Source: an uncultured Acidobacteriota bacterium (GTDB lineage Bacteria; Acidobacteriota; UBA6911). From it: 64,000 bases of DNA. Below the pieces are notes generated by a model, which saw nothing but the letters and a program-made list of their open reading frames with translations, ran no database searches and had not been told where the DNA came from. A program made the position numbers and the translations under genes. The DNA lies in contig CAWEJX010000015.1 in NCBI GenBank assembly GCA_963809485.1, positions 64,001 to 128,000 of the forward strand, written 5' to 3'. Positions 24,367 to 34,315 of the stretch are shown here, one piece after another; positions within the stretch are counted from its first letter, which is position 1, and every line of letters starts with the position of its first letter.

Positions 24367-25151
24367 TCGAATTTAGAAACGTTTACAAATCATTCGACAA
24401 TGAAGCTGTCCTGAAGGACATCAGCTTCAGGATCAGCCGCGGCGAGACCAAGATCATCCTGGGAGAAAGCGGATCCGGCAAATCCACCATCCTGAAGCTG
24501 ATCCTTGGCTTGATTCAGGCCGACTCGGGCCAGATCCTGGTGGAGGGCCAGGATATCACTCGAATGACGGAGCAGCAGCTGGTCTCCATCCGGCGCGACA
24601 TCGGCATGGTGTTCCAGGAAGGCGCGCTCTTCGACTCTCTCAGCGTAAGGGAAAATGTCGGCTACCGGCTCTTTGAAGAAAGGCGCTTGAGCGAGAGCGA
24701 AATCGAAAACGAGGTGGCCGAACTCCTGGGCTTCGTCGGCCTCGAGGACGCCATCGACAAAATGCCGGCCGAGCTTTCAGGCGGCATGAAGCGCAGGGTC
24801 GGCATTGCCCGGGCTCTCGTCGGAACCCCGAAGATCGTCCTCTACGACGAGCCCACGGCAGGACTGGATCCCATAACCAAGCGCGTCATAATTGAGCTGG
24901 TAATCAAGCTGCGTGATATGGAGGGCGTGACCAGCGTTTTTGTCACGCATGATTTGCATGCGGCGTCCATCATCGCAACCGAATTCGCGTCGGCGGGCAA
25001 GGACGGCGAGATATCCTTCGGGTCGCGCAGGGGATCCTCTCACAAGGAGATCAATTTCATCATGCTCCAGAACGCCTCAATCTGCTTCGAGGGCGGCTAC
25101 CGGGCACTGATGGAATCCAAAATGCCTTACATTCAGACATTCGTAGCGTAG
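24363..25151 (+). CDS. mlaF: MlaF-family ABC ATPase
   Basis: GESGSGKS, FQEGALFDSL, LSGGMKRRV, YDEPTAGLDP. Confidence 0.92.
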   Translation: MIEFRNVYKSFDNEAVLKDISFRISRGETKIILGESGSGKSTILKLILGLIQADSGQILVEGQDITRMTEQQLVSIRRDIGMVFQEGALFDSLSVRENVGYRLFEERRLSESEIENEVAELLGFVGLEDAIDKMPAELSGGMKRRVGIARALVGTPKIVLYDEPTAGLDPITKRVIIELVIKLRDMEGVTSVFVTHDLHAASIIATEFASAGKDGEISFGSRRGSSHKEINFIMLQNASICFEGGYRALMESKMPYIQTFVA

Positions 25152-25233
25152 CCGCCTGAAGCGTGTCTCAAAACCGGCCTGCCCGGGCCGGCAGCAACAG
25201 AGCACCGAAATTGCGCCCGTAAAAAGGAGCGAC

Positions 25234-26457
25234 ATGGCATCCAATAAGCAGGTTTCACTGGCAGGGATGAAGGTGGGGATCTTCGTCACGATTGCCTTGA
25301 TTCTGTTCACGATTTTGATACTTCAGCAAAGCTGGGGATTCCGATGGTTTTCCAAAGAGCCCAAGGCCATCACATACCTGCCGGATGTCGGTGGTTTGAA
25401 GCCGGGCGCCCCCGTGTGGCTGGCGGGACTGGAAATAGGCCGCGTCCGCAAAGTTTCGATCGTCCCTCCCGAAGCCTATCCCGGCAATGCCGCAATTTAT
25501 GCGCAGATCGAAGAACTCAACAAAGAGATTGCGGGAATGGATGCGAAAGTTCCATCAGACCAGCGCGGCATTGAGGATCTCCAGGACCGAATCCGCAACC
25601 TCAAGGATGATATAAGGCTGGTCGAAGTTCAGCTGGAGATCCGGCAGGAGTACCTGAACCGGATCGGTAATGATTCCGAAGTCAGCATCGAATCGAGGGG
25701 GCTGATCGGCGATTCGTTCATCAACCTTTCTCCCGGGACTGCCGGCGTACTCCCGGAAAAAAGGGGAGAGTTCTATATTATTGAAGGCCTCCAGCGCCCC
25801 GGCTTCCGTGAGATCATGACCGGCGCCAACGACGTGGTGGCGAACTTCGGTGTTCTTTCCGAAAGATTCAAAGACATCGCCATGAAGATCCAGCCCGGCA
25901 AGGTCGGAGACAGCCTTGCCGCAACCGTGCAGGACGTGCAGACGACCGTCCGCCAGGCGGGCAGGACCTTCGCCCGCGCCACGGATCTGATCGAGGAGTT
26001 GCACTCCGGGAAGGGCACCATCGGCAGAGTTGTGTCCGACCCGGAATTGTACGAGCGGCTCACCGCGTCCCTGGAGAAATTCAACAACATCGCCGAAAGC
26101 ATTCAGAACGGGAAAGGCACCATCGGCAAGCTCATCAACGATCCTTCCCTGTTCAACACGGCCAACGATACCCTCAAAAAAGCCGAGCTGGTTATGGGCA
26201 GGATCGAGAAAGGCGAAGGGACACTGGGGAAGCTTTCCAGGGATACCGAGCTGTATGACAGGAGCAGGACCGCCCTGGAGCGTTTCGCTTCCCTGGCAGA
26301 GCAGATCGATCAGGGGAAAGGCACCCTGGGCAAGCTGATCAAAGATCCCAGCCTGTACAACAACCTGGATCAGTCGAGCGCCGAGATAACCAAGCTCCTG
26401 TATGATTTGAGACAGGATCCCAAGAAGTATCTGACCATCCGCGTCCGGATCTTTTAA
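25234..26457 (+). CDS. MlaD/MCE-family protein with a long helical repeat tail
   Basis: TM helix, GLKPGAPV.LAG.EIGRV, GLIGDSFINLSPG; four GKGT(I/L)G repeats. Confidence 0.9.
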   Translation: MASNKQVSLAGMKVGIFVTIALILFTILILQQSWGFRWFSKEPKAITYLPDVGGLKPGAPVWLAGLEIGRVRKVSIVPPEAYPGNAAIYAQIEELNKEIAGMDAKVPSDQRGIEDLQDRIRNLKDDIRLVEVQLEIRQEYLNRIGNDSEVSIESRGLIGDSFINLSPGTAGVLPEKRGEFYIIEGLQRPGFREIMTGANDVVANFGVLSERFKDIAMKIQPGKVGDSLAATVQDVQTTVRQAGRTFARATDLIEELHSGKGTIGRVVSDPELYERLTASLEKFNNIAESIQNGKGTIGKLINDPSLFNTANDTLKKAELVMGRIEKGEGTLGKLSRDTELYDRSRTALERFASLAEQIDQGKGTLGKLIKDPSLYNNLDQSSAEITKLLYDLRQDPKKYLTIRVRIF

Positions 26458-26459
26458 CC

Positions 26460-26488
26460 TTGACAAGAATTTTGAATCTGTCTAGCCT
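26460..26488 (+). promoter_or_regulatory. Sigma70-type promoter, probably leaderless
   Basis: TTGACA-N17-TAGCCT, with ATG at 26495 and no Shine-Dalgarno sequence. Confidence 0.6.
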
Positions 26489-26494
26489 AACGCC

Positions 26495-27109
26495 ATGTTT
26501 AGCAATGTGATCGGCCGTGGGGGGAAATTTGTCCTCGACCTGATTGTCAGGATCCTTACCCATTTCCGGATCAATCCCAATATTCTCACCTTCACGGGTG
26601 TGCTCATAAGCCTTTGGGCAGCTTTCGAGTTCAGCTATGGCAATTACCGCCGCGGCGGGCTCGTCATAATCCTTGCGGGTTTGTTCGACATGCTCGACGG
26701 CGAAGTCGCGCGCGTGAGCAAGTCCGAGACACGCTTCGGCGCCTTCTACGATTCGGTCATCGACCGGTATTCCGACATCATCATCCTTCAGGGACTGATG
26801 GTTCACTATGCCAGGCATATGATGCTCGGGTATGTCGTCCTGGTCGGCGTGGTTTTCATGGGCGCCGTCCTGACCAGCTACGCCCGGGCCCGGGCCGAGT
26901 CCATCATCCCTTCGTGCAAGGTGGGATTCATGGAGCGCCCGGAAAGGATCGTGCTGCTCATCATCGGCGGTCTGGCCAACCGCATGGAAGCAGTGCTGTG
27001 GATACTCGCGGTCCTGGGCAACTGGACCGTCATCAACCGGATCTACTACACCTGGAAAGAACTCCCCAAACCCAAAGAGATCGCACATCCCCACGCCTCA
27101 AGTCTGTAA
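26495..27109 (+). CDS. CDP-alcohol phosphatidyltransferase family protein
   Basis: NPNILT and DMLDGEVAR......FGAFYDSVIDRYSD signature. Confidence 0.93.
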   Translation: MFSNVIGRGGKFVLDLIVRILTHFRINPNILTFTGVLISLWAAFEFSYGNYRRGGLVIILAGLFDMLDGEVARVSKSETRFGAFYDSVIDRYSDIIILQGLMVHYARHMMLGYVVLVGVVFMGAVLTSYARARAESIIPSCKVGFMERPERIVLLIIGGLANRMEAVLWILAVLGNWTVINRIYYTWKELPKPKEIAHPHASSL

Positions 27110-27110
27110 T

Positions 27111-27187
27111 AAAACACTGACGAACGCCGATATTAAATAGATTTTTTCAGCGTGCGTCGGCGTTCTGTCGGCGTGCGTCAGCGTAAT
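27111..27187. repeat. CGCTGAC/GTCAGCG micro-repeat hairpin between convergent genes
   Basis: ACACTGACGAACGCCGA...TTTTTTCAGCGTGCGTCGGCGTTCTGTCGGCGTGCGTCAGCGT. Confidence 0.8.
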
Positions 27188-27919
27188 TTACTGTATTCTC
27201 TGGATGTCCACACCGGAGGGCAATTTCTGTTCGAATCTGGAATCGGGAATTTTTGTATTCAGCTTTTCTTCGAAAAAGCTGACCAGCAGGTAATCCCCGC
27301 TCGGTTCCTGGAGTTTCTGCTGGATGGGGATTCCGCTGGATTTTTTTACCCATAGCGTGATCGAGGAAAACATGGCGGCTGCTTTCGCGCTCCTGGGTTT
27401 GAACAGAAGAACGGAGCAGGGCGCCCCGTTAACCGTTTCATTTCCTTGATAGGAAATTTGAAACGTCTCCTGCAGCTTGGCCGGCGACTGGCCGATGCCC
27501 AGCGCCAGGTATTCGGCCTTGTCCTTGTTCTGCCCCAGGTTGGCGATTTGAGCCTGCTTAATGTCGGGCTGATAGATGGTCGCGCTCCCGCCCTTGATGG
27601 TCAGGATCCGGCGGCCCGGGCTGGTGGCATCCTGGCGCAGCATCGCCGACCCGTCCCTGGCGCGGGCGTAATAAAACTCGCCCGTCTCGGGAGTGTCGAA
27701 CTCCTTCAGCACGGCCGTATATTTCTTCTGAGAAAACTTCGCAGCGAAAGTCTTGAAGCCTTTGCCGACCGATTCCATCTGGGCGAGGACGCGATCCAGG
27801 TCGCTTTTCTCCTTGCCCTGGCCGCCGAAGACGGAAACACTCAACAGCAGGCAGCACCAGGCCGCGAGCGCAATCCGGCCCCTTCCCGCAGGCAGGTGAC
27901 TATGGCCATAGGTTTTCAT
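27188..27919 (-). CDS. LolA-like periplasmic lipoprotein carrier
   Basis: Signal peptide, TFAAKFSQKK, IYQP.IKQ, LN.KIPDSRF..KLPSGV; likely start MKTYG at 27919. Confidence 0.75.
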   Translation of the reverse strand: MKTYGHSHLPAGRGRIALAAWCCLLLSVSVFGGQGKEKSDLDRVLAQMESVGKGFKTFAAKFSQKKYTAVLKEFDTPETGEFYYARARDGSAMLRQDATSPGRRILTIKGGSATIYQPDIKQAQIANLGQNKDKAEYLALGIGQSPAKLQETFQISYQGNETVNGAPCSVLLFKPRSAKAAAMFSSITLWVKKSSGIPIQQKLQEPSGDYLLVSFFEEKLNTKIPDSRFEQKLPSGVDIQRIQ

Positions 27920-28128
27920 CGGTGAAGATCCGTTTTGGCGCCTTGGGGGGCGCTGCTGACCGGAGGATGGGCGATCCGCGCCCTGTCGGCTCTTTTGGCT
28001 ATGAAGCAGCTGGGGGGGACGAAGAAGATGAACGCCAGGATCAGGGCGCAAATGATGTCGTACTGGATCGTGCCGCGCCCGTACGCCCACACGAAGATAT
28101 TCCGGGCTGTGCTCCTGATATTCGTCAT
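27916..28128 (-). CDS. Small membrane protein
   Basis: W.Y.RGT.QYDIICALILAFIFFVP; lies inside the operon with an ATGA overlap. Confidence 0.7.
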   Translation of the reverse strand: MTNIRSTARNIFVWAYGRGTIQYDIICALILAFIFFVPPSCFIAKRADRARIAHPPVSSAPQGAKTDLHR

Positions 28129-28146
28129 AGGCTTGCAGCAAAACCC

Positions 28147-28875
28147 CTAATACACGAGTTCATAGGAAAATCTGGAGGCCGGATTCAGAATGTGTCCGTC
28201 CTTCATTTCAACCACGCGGCTGGCGATCGAGGCTGCCTCGGAATCGTGCGTAATCATCACGATGGTCTGGTGAAGCTTCTCGTTGAGGTCCCGCAGGATC
28301 TCGAGGACGATGCGGGAGTTGCGCGAATCGAGGCTGCCGGTCGGCTCATCCGCGAGCACGATCGAGGGCCGGTTGATCACAGCCCGGGCTATGGCTACGC
28401 GCTGCTGTTCCCCGCCGGAGAGCTCGGCCGGCCGGAAATTGATTTTTTCCTGCAGCCCGAGCATGTTCAATATCTGGTCCACGCCGTTGAGGCTCAAATA
28501 GCCGTTGCCATGGATCTGTTTGGCCAGCTCGATGTTTCCTTTGGCCGTGAGCGTCGGCAAAAGATTGAACCGCTGGAACACGTATCCGATTTTTTTGCGG
28601 CGCATCGCCGTGCGCTCGGAATCCGAGAGCTTGGCAATATCGATGCCGTCGATCATGATCCGGCCGGCGGTCGGCTGGAGCAATCCGCCCAGAAGGTGGA
28701 GCAGGGTGGATTTTCCGCAGCCCGAAGGCCCCATGACCGCGATGAATTCGCCCTGTTCCACGTTGAGATTGATATGCTGCAGGGCGGGAACGTCCACTTT
28801 TCCGGACCTGTAGGTCATGCACAGGTCAACGGTTTCGATGGCATTGCTCGAAGTAAATTCGGCCATAGTCTCCAT
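28147..28875 (-). CDS. LolD/MacB-type ABC ATPase
   Basis: [40 protein letters not shown]. Confidence 0.92.
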   Translation of the reverse strand: METMAEFTSSNAIETVDLCMTYRSGKVDVPALQHINLNVEQGEFIAVMGPSGCGKSTLLHLLGGLLQPTAGRIMIDGIDIAKLSDSERTAMRRKKIGYVFQRFNLLPTLTAKGNIELAKQIHGNGYLSLNGVDQILNMLGLQEKINFRPAELSGGEQQRVAIARAVINRPSIVLADEPTGSLDSRNSRIVLEILRDLNEKLHQTIVMITHDSEAASIASRVVEMKDGHILNPASRFSYELVY

Positions 28876-28879
28876 GTCC

Positions 28880-29974
28880 CTACTCGAAACTCAGCGCTCT
28901 TACGGGATCCATCCGCGCGGCCTTGTAAGCCGGATAAAGCGCACCCAGGGTTCCTGCCACCAAACCCAATATCAAGCCTCGAATCAGGTCGTCCATGCTC
29001 ATTGCCACCTGCAAAGTCGGGAACTTCGTGATGATGATCTTACGAACAACCTCACTGATGCCGATTCCAAGAAGCGCGCCTAAACAGCATATAATAACAG
29101 ATTCCTTCAAAATCATGCCAACTATAAATCGGCGGGAAGCTCCCAGCGATTTAAGAATACCTATTTCCCGGGTGCGCTCGAAAATGGTCGTGTACATCGC
29201 AAGCAGGATTACCATGAAGCTCAGCATCATCGACACCAGCACCACGGTCATGCGGAATTCCTTGAATCCGGGCAGCCTCGCATCCGCCAGCAGCAGGTTG
29301 GAATCCGATGCCCGGGCCAGAGAGTAATTGGGAAATTGCCCGCGCAGGTCCTGGAATACCGCAGGGATATCGGAGCCGGGAACGGCTTTGATGAACATGA
29401 TGGTGACGTTATCGGGCGTTCCATTCAGCTTCTGGAGCGTTTTGAGAGGCACGAAAATCCTCACGATGGCGCCGGGCCGGCAGATGCCGGAAACGGTAAA
29501 TTCGTGGTTCAGCACGGACATCTTCATGCCGGGGGCAAGCTTTTTGGACTCGGCATAAAGCTGATCGACGATGACTTCGTCGTCCTTCAGTGATTCCCTG
29601 CCGGATACTACCTTCAGGCGGCCGTCGAACTGGTTGTAGCTCTCCATGTCGATCCCGAAGACCAGGCTGAAATCCGAAGAGCTGAACTTGGCCAGGACGG
29701 GCGTTACCGCCGCAATTCCCTGAACCTCCGCTATTTTGCCCGCCAGCTTGATATTTAAAGCCGCATTGCTGAAAGCGTAGAAAACCGAAGAGCCTGTCGG
29801 CTGAAGAATGTAGTCGGCGCCCAGCCCCACCGTTCGTCCCAGGTAGTCATCGAGCGTCCCCCTGGCTATCCCGCCTATGATGAGCATGAGAACCACACCC
29901 AGCGCAACCGCGAAAATGCTGATGAAGGCGCGGGTAGGACGGGAACGTATATTGGCAGTGATGAGATTTTCCAT
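28880..29974 (-). CDS. MacB/FtsX/LolE-type ABC permease
   Basis: N-terminal TM, periplasmic domain, [28 protein letters not shown]. Confidence 0.92.
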   Translation of the reverse strand: MENLITANIRSRPTRAFISIFAVALGVVLMLIIGGIARGTLDDYLGRTVGLGADYILQPTGSSVFYAFSNAALNIKLAGKIAEVQGIAAVTPVLAKFSSSDFSLVFGIDMESYNQFDGRLKVVSGRESLKDDEVIVDQLYAESKKLAPGMKMSVLNHEFTVSGICRPGAIVRIFVPLKTLQKLNGTPDNVTIMFIKAVPGSDIPAVFQDLRGQFPNYSLARASDSNLLLADARLPGFKEFRMTVVLVSMMLSFMVILLAMYTTIFERTREIGILKSLGASRRFIVGMILKESVIICCLGALLGIGISEVVRKIIITKFPTLQVAMSMDDLIRGLILGLVAGTLGALYPAYKAARMDPVRALSFE

Positions 29975-30922
29975 TTATGAAGCTGTGCTCCTTCCCTTCT
30001 CCCTAAAAGGAACGATCTGTGCCCCCTCGGGAGGCGCCAGAATAAATGCATCCTCCGGCAGGTCCGGATTTACACGCCAGGCCTTGAACTCCATGTCGAG
30101 GGCATAGCCATCCATGGGCCTATCGATGTGGATTTTCCCGGGCAGATGATAGCTATCCACAAATAACTCACCGGAATAAATGATATCACTTATCACGTGC
30201 CCTTCTTCCTGATAAACCTGTTGCCGCTCGACCGTAAGCCCGGACCGCTCGATCCAGATATCGCGGACCGGATGGATCCTCCGGGAAATACCTTCCCTGT
30301 ATAAAGATAAGACATAATATTTGGCGTGAGCGGTCATTTCCTCCTTAACCGCAGCGTAAATTCCCGGGGCATCCAACGGGATGCTCGGGGGAAGTATCGC
30401 CTCGAATATGTGCGTCGCGCGTATCGTGAACCCGGGAGAATTGGGCAAATCCTCAGCAACCAGTTCCCTGGCGCTGTTTTTGCCTGTATAAAATTTGTTC
30501 TCCCTTGGGACCCATACGCAAAACTCGTCTCCCACCGATAGAAGATCCAAAAGCGCGGTCTTTGTTACAGGGATCTGCACGACCAGCCGGATTGAGTCCG
30601 GCCGTTTCAGCAAAATATAACCCGGGGCGCTCCGGTACTTCTGAAGCTCGCCGCTCTCGATTTTCCCGGATGTAAGAGTAAACCGTAAATTATTGCATGA
30701 CAAGGCGCTAATATTTGCGAAGCTTTGCGCAATGCTCAGCAATTCTTCAAACGTTGCCGATTTCGCCTGAAGAATTTTCGGATGAACGGCGGTCCGGACT
30801 GTCCGCTTAATGCTGCAACCCGAGCCGGCGCACCATACAAACGCAAGCAGAATAGATCCCAGAAGGAAGGAATTTCGGCGCCGTTTCGCCGCAAGTGCTG
30901 GCAATATAAAAGTTTTTTTCAT
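29975..30922 (-). CDS. Putative lipoprotein, possibly Lol-like fold (DUF4292-like)
   Basis: Lipobox-like GSGC; GYILLKRPDSIRL; ends VNPDLPEDAF.L.PPEGA like Lol-fold proteins. Confidence 0.6.
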   Translation of the reverse strand: MKKTFILPALAAKRRRNSFLLGSILLAFVWCAGSGCSIKRTVRTAVHPKILQAKSATFEELLSIAQSFANISALSCNNLRFTLTSGKIESGELQKYRSAPGYILLKRPDSIRLVVQIPVTKTALLDLLSVGDEFCVWVPRENKFYTGKNSARELVAEDLPNSPGFTIRATHIFEAILPPSIPLDAPGIYAAVKEEMTAHAKYYVLSLYREGISRRIHPVRDIWIERSGLTVERQQVYQEEGHVISDIIYSGELFVDSYHLPGKIHIDRPMDGYALDMEFKAWRVNPDLPEDAFILAPPEGAQIVPFREKGRSTAS

Positions 30923-30995
30923 CAAAGCTTCAGACCACACGTTTGCCGGCGAGAATCTAACAGAGAATGAAGAACATGTCAACCTATTGAAGCAA

Positions 30996-31016
30996 TTCGA
31001 GATTCGAGATTCGAGA
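30996..31016. repeat. Heptamer tandem (TTCGAGA)x3
   Basis: Seen directly in the intergenic gap. Confidence 0.55.
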
Positions 31017-31050
31017 CCCAAAGCCTGAGTGGGCGGATTTGAGGTATAAG

Positions 31051-31698
31051 TCAAGCGCCTGCGCCTTTGCCGGCTTTCGCGCGGCGCCGGTAGAAGGCCA
31101 TAGTCGCAACCAAGGCCAGCGCAAAAATGCCGCACAGAATCATCCCGATTACCTTAAGATTCTGCTGCATATAGAGTTTAACCGCATTACCGTAAAGCAC
31201 CGCCAGGATTCCCCACATAGAGTAACGGATCGATCGGCCGATCACGACTGCCGCTATGAACTCGGCGGTTTTAACGCGGAACACTCCCGCGCTGAGAACG
31301 AAAATCTTGAAAGGCATGGGCGGGGGAAAGACGCTGGGAATCGCAATGGTCAGGATCCCGTATTTTTCATAAAGCTTTTCCGCACGAGCGACGCTTTTTT
31401 CGGAAAACTTTTTCCTCAGGATCGGGCTGCCTCCTTTTCGGCCCACCGAGTAAAGCAGCAGGCAGCCGATAACCGAACCAATGATCGTCATGCTGACGTA
31501 ATAGGCCATGTTACCCCAGGACCCCCCCGTCGAAAGTATGACAATCAGCAGGTCGTTCCCTTCGGGAATGCTAAGAAAGGAGGAGTCGGCGATAGCCAGC
31601 AACAACACTCCCGGGCCGCCAAAGCTCGCGATCAGAGCACTTGCGGAACTACCCAGCTTTGCCAGCCAGTGCTGGCTCGATAAAAGCAATGAAACCAT
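31051..31698 (-). CDS. VTT/DedA (YqaA-like) membrane protein
   Basis: ADSSFLSIPEGNDLL, GSVIG...LY.VGRKGG, PPPMPFKIF, GRSIRY. Confidence 0.88.
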   Translation of the reverse strand: MVSLLLSSQHWLAKLGSSASALIASFGGPGVLLLAIADSSFLSIPEGNDLLIVILSTGGSWGNMAYYVSMTIIGSVIGCLLLYSVGRKGGSPILRKKFSEKSVARAEKLYEKYGILTIAIPSVFPPPMPFKIFVLSAGVFRVKTAEFIAAVVIGRSIRYSMWGILAVLYGNAVKLYMQQNLKVIGMILCGIFALALVATMAFYRRRAKAGKGAGA

Positions 31699-31828
31699 TC
31701 GCCAAACACTCCGTCCCCAAATTGCCGGAGGGAAATTCAACGCGAGTGAAATTAACACAGCAGTCGAGCACCCGCAATGGAAAGTCCGCGCTGTAGTCGC
31801 GGGTTTTGGTGGGGAACGGAGGATCAAA

Positions 31829-31884
31829 GGGATTAGGGATTAGGGATTGGGGATTAGGGATTGGGGATTGGGGATTGGGGATTA
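31829..31884 (+). repeat. G-rich heptamer tandem (GGGATTR)x8
   Basis: gggatta gggatta gggattg gggatta gggattg gggattg gggattg gggatta. Confidence 0.9.
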
Positions 31885-31986
31885 GAGAATTAGGATTAAG
31901 GAGCAGAGGACTCGAAAACCGCATCGGTGTTTTGCAAATTTGACGAATGCGCTGCTCCCCAATCCGCCTATTGTTGTCTCCCACCA

Positions 31987-32145
31987 TGATCCTTCGCCCC
32001 TTCATCCTTCTGATCCTTTGTTCCCTTATTCCTCTGCGCCTTCATCCCTTTGATCCTCTGATCCTCGACTGAATCCTTTGATCCTTGAATCCTCATCACC
32101 TCCATCCCTTTGATCCTCTGATCCTTTGATCCTTGAATCCTCTAC
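31987..32145 (+). repeat. Pyrimidine-rich octamer array (ATCCTYTG-like)
   Basis: Repeated ATCCTTTG/ATCCTCTG/ATCCTTGA with an internal duplication; complementary unit GGAGGATCAAAGGG at 31818. Confidence 0.8.
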
Positions 32146-32237
32146 CCCATAACCCACCACGAAACGCATTTCAAAACACTCAGCGTTACGGAAAATTGAA
32201 CGATAAGGAACAACGGCGGCTAACATGTTGATATCAA

Positions 32238-32266
32238 TTGACATGGCATGTAAGACAAAGTACAAT
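32238..32266 (+). promoter_or_regulatory. Sigma70-type promoter of the rodZ-like gene
   Basis: TTGACA-N17-TACAAT. Confidence 0.7.
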
Positions 32267-32336
32267 GGCCGCATTTGGGGTAAGAATCAGCAGAATTCAA
32301 CAGGAAAAAACGGTTTTTATAACGCCCTAGTCAACT

Positions 32337-33269
32337 ATGGCATCTGTTGCATCCGACCTGAAATCCGAGCGAGAGAAGCGAAACATTCCACTTGCTCAGA
32401 TTGCCGCAGACACTCGAATCAGCCTGCATCATCTTGAAAGCCTGGAAGAGGGGCGCTACGGCGAGCTGCCGGGCGGGATGTATAATCGCGCCTTTTTAAG
32501 AGCCTATTGCGAAAGCCTTGATCTGGACCAGAAGGAAATAATGCGGCGATACGAAGCGGAAATGTCGCCTGCTGTCGAAAAGCCTTCCAAGTCCAGAAAA
32601 AAGATTCCCCAAACGAGCCGGTTGGCCCGGCATTACACGATTATGGCCTGGAGCGTCATGCTCCTGGTTTCCGCAACCGGGCTTTTTTTCAGCAGAAACT
32701 GGATTGCCTCGGTTTTTTCACCCTATTTTTCGCGCACCCCGATAGCCGCCGTCCGCAACGAACCTGTTTCACCCCCTGCGGTGACTCCTGCCGCTGCATC
32801 GCAGCCCGCGGCTGATACACCGGCCCCGGAGCCGGCCGCTCCTTCTCCCGAATCGGTGATGCCGACCGAGACTATAGCCGCGTCCTCGGAAACTCAGGCA
32901 GGTGTGGCAACGGTTCTCTCAGCGACGGTTCCAGCGCCCTCCGTTCCTGCATCTGCGGTTGCCGCTTCGCCTGTGCCGGCGGCCCCTGCTTCGGCGTCCC
33001 CGCTGCGTGTCCGGATCGAAATAACGGAAGAATGCTGGATGTCGGTTGACAGCGACGGACGGCCCTCAATTCGAAGAGTGCTGAAAGCGGGTGAAACTCA
33101 ATCGTTTGAAGCCTCCCGCAAAATCAACCTCATTATGGGAAACGCCGGAGGAGTGCGGTTGCAGATCAACGGCAAGCCGGCGAAGCTGCTGGGCAAAACG
33201 GGAGAGGTTGTGAAGGTCGAGATCAACGAGACGAATCTGGCCGACTTCATCGACCAAACCGCAGGCTAA
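32337..33269 (+). CDS. RodZ-like protein (HTH, TM, DUF4115)
   Basis: IAADTRIS..HLESLEEG.Y..LPG..Y.RAFLRAY; C-terminal GNAGGV.L.INGK. Confidence 0.88.
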   Translation: MASVASDLKSEREKRNIPLAQIAADTRISLHHLESLEEGRYGELPGGMYNRAFLRAYCESLDLDQKEIMRRYEAEMSPAVEKPSKSRKKIPQTSRLARHYTIMAWSVMLLVSATGLFFSRNWIASVFSPYFSRTPIAAVRNEPVSPPAVTPAAASQPAADTPAPEPAAPSPESVMPTETIAASSETQAGVATVLSATVPAPSVPASAVAASPVPAAPASASPLRVRIEITEECWMSVDSDGRPSIRRVLKAGETQSFEASRKINLIMGNAGGVRLQINGKPAKLLGKTGEVVKVEINETNLADFIDQTAG

Positions 33270-34310
33270 TTGATGGCCCAAAGCGATCTGCTGAAATCTC
33301 TCCTTTCCGGCGCCGCTCCTGCAAATCTGCGCATGGCTATTGCCCGAAGGATGGCGCCTCTTCCTCCCGGCCAGATGCTCGAACTGCTGGTGTGTCTCCT
33401 CAAAGACGCCGACCCCGCCATTGCATCCCAGGCGGCTGAAAGCCTGCACCAATATGAAGAGCCGGAGATCGTTTCGCAGCTGAAACTTCCCGATTGCCCT
33501 CCTGCGGTGCTCGAGCATTTCGCGGCGCCGGGAAATTCCCACGCTTTGCTTCTGGCCGTTATTACCAATCCGGCCAGTCCGGACACGTTGATCGGGTCGC
33601 TGGCACGCACGGTCCCCGCGCCGCTCCTGGAATCCCTGCTCGACAACCGGGTTCGCCTGATAAGGTCTCCGGATATTTTGGAGGGCATCAAGCAAAATCC
33701 TTCCGCGACACCCGAGGGTTTGAGGCTCGCGCGGGAGATCGAAACGGAATTTCTCGGGGCCAAGAAGAGGGAATATTCCGTCGAAGAACCGGCCCAGACC
33801 GCGGATGCCGTCATCGAGGCGCTCGGGCTGGACCTCGAAAAGCCTCCGGAAGATCTTAGGCTGGAGGGCCTGCCGGTTGAGGAAGAAGCGCGCGAGGCCG
33901 CGATCAGCCAGCGCCTTACCGGCCTTTCATTTCCGGAAAAGGTCCGGCATGCCCTCTTCGGCAACCGTGAACTGCGCATGATGCTGATCCGCGACACCAA
34001 CAGGGAAGTGGCGCGTTCGGTGCTTCGGAGCCCGAAGCTTACCGACGGCGAAATCGAGACCATCGCCGCCATGAGGGGCGTGGGGGAGGATATTCTCCGC
34101 GAAATAGGAAATAGCAAAGAGTGGACCAAGAGCTACAGCGTCCTGCAGAACCTCATCAAGAATCCGAAAACCCCGGCCTTTATCTCGCAGCGCCTGCTGA
34201 TCCGTCTCCACACCAGGGACCTGGCTCAACTGGCGCGCGACCGGAGCGTTCCCGACGCCGTGAGGTACAATGCGGCCCGGGCGTTGAACCAGCGGTCCTC
34301 TTCGAGGTAG
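33270..34310 (+). CDS. Conserved hypothetical helical-repeat protein
   Basis: 346-aa ORF abutting the rodZ-like gene; LIRDTNREVARSVLRSPKL and NPKTP motifs. Confidence 0.75.
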   Translation: MMAQSDLLKSLLSGAAPANLRMAIARRMAPLPPGQMLELLVCLLKDADPAIASQAAESLHQYEEPEIVSQLKLPDCPPAVLEHFAAPGNSHALLLAVITNPASPDTLIGSLARTVPAPLLESLLDNRVRLIRSPDILEGIKQNPSATPEGLRLAREIETEFLGAKKREYSVEEPAQTADAVIEALGLDLEKPPEDLRLEGLPVEEEAREAAISQRLTGLSFPEKVRHALFGNRELRMMLIRDTNREVARSVLRSPKLTDGEIETIAAMRGVGEDILREIGNSKEWTKSYSVLQNLIKNPKTPAFISQRLLIRLHTRDLAQLARDRSVPDAVRYNAARALNQRSSSR

Positions 34311-34315
34311 CGAGT

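Noticed and set aside
27920-28141. N-terminal extension of the LolA-like ORF to 28141
   Set aside because: It overlaps a better-supported small membrane gene, and the signal peptide starts at 27919.
31829-31884. Telomere or eukaryotic contamination (TTAGGG-like)
   Set aside because: The unit is a 7-mer, the array is short and internal, and it is flanked by ordinary bacterial genes.
31649-32274. ORFs 31649-32005 and 32026-32274 with NPQSPIP and EDSRIKG repeats
   Set aside because: They are translations of the heptamer and octamer DNA arrays, with no independent coding evidence.
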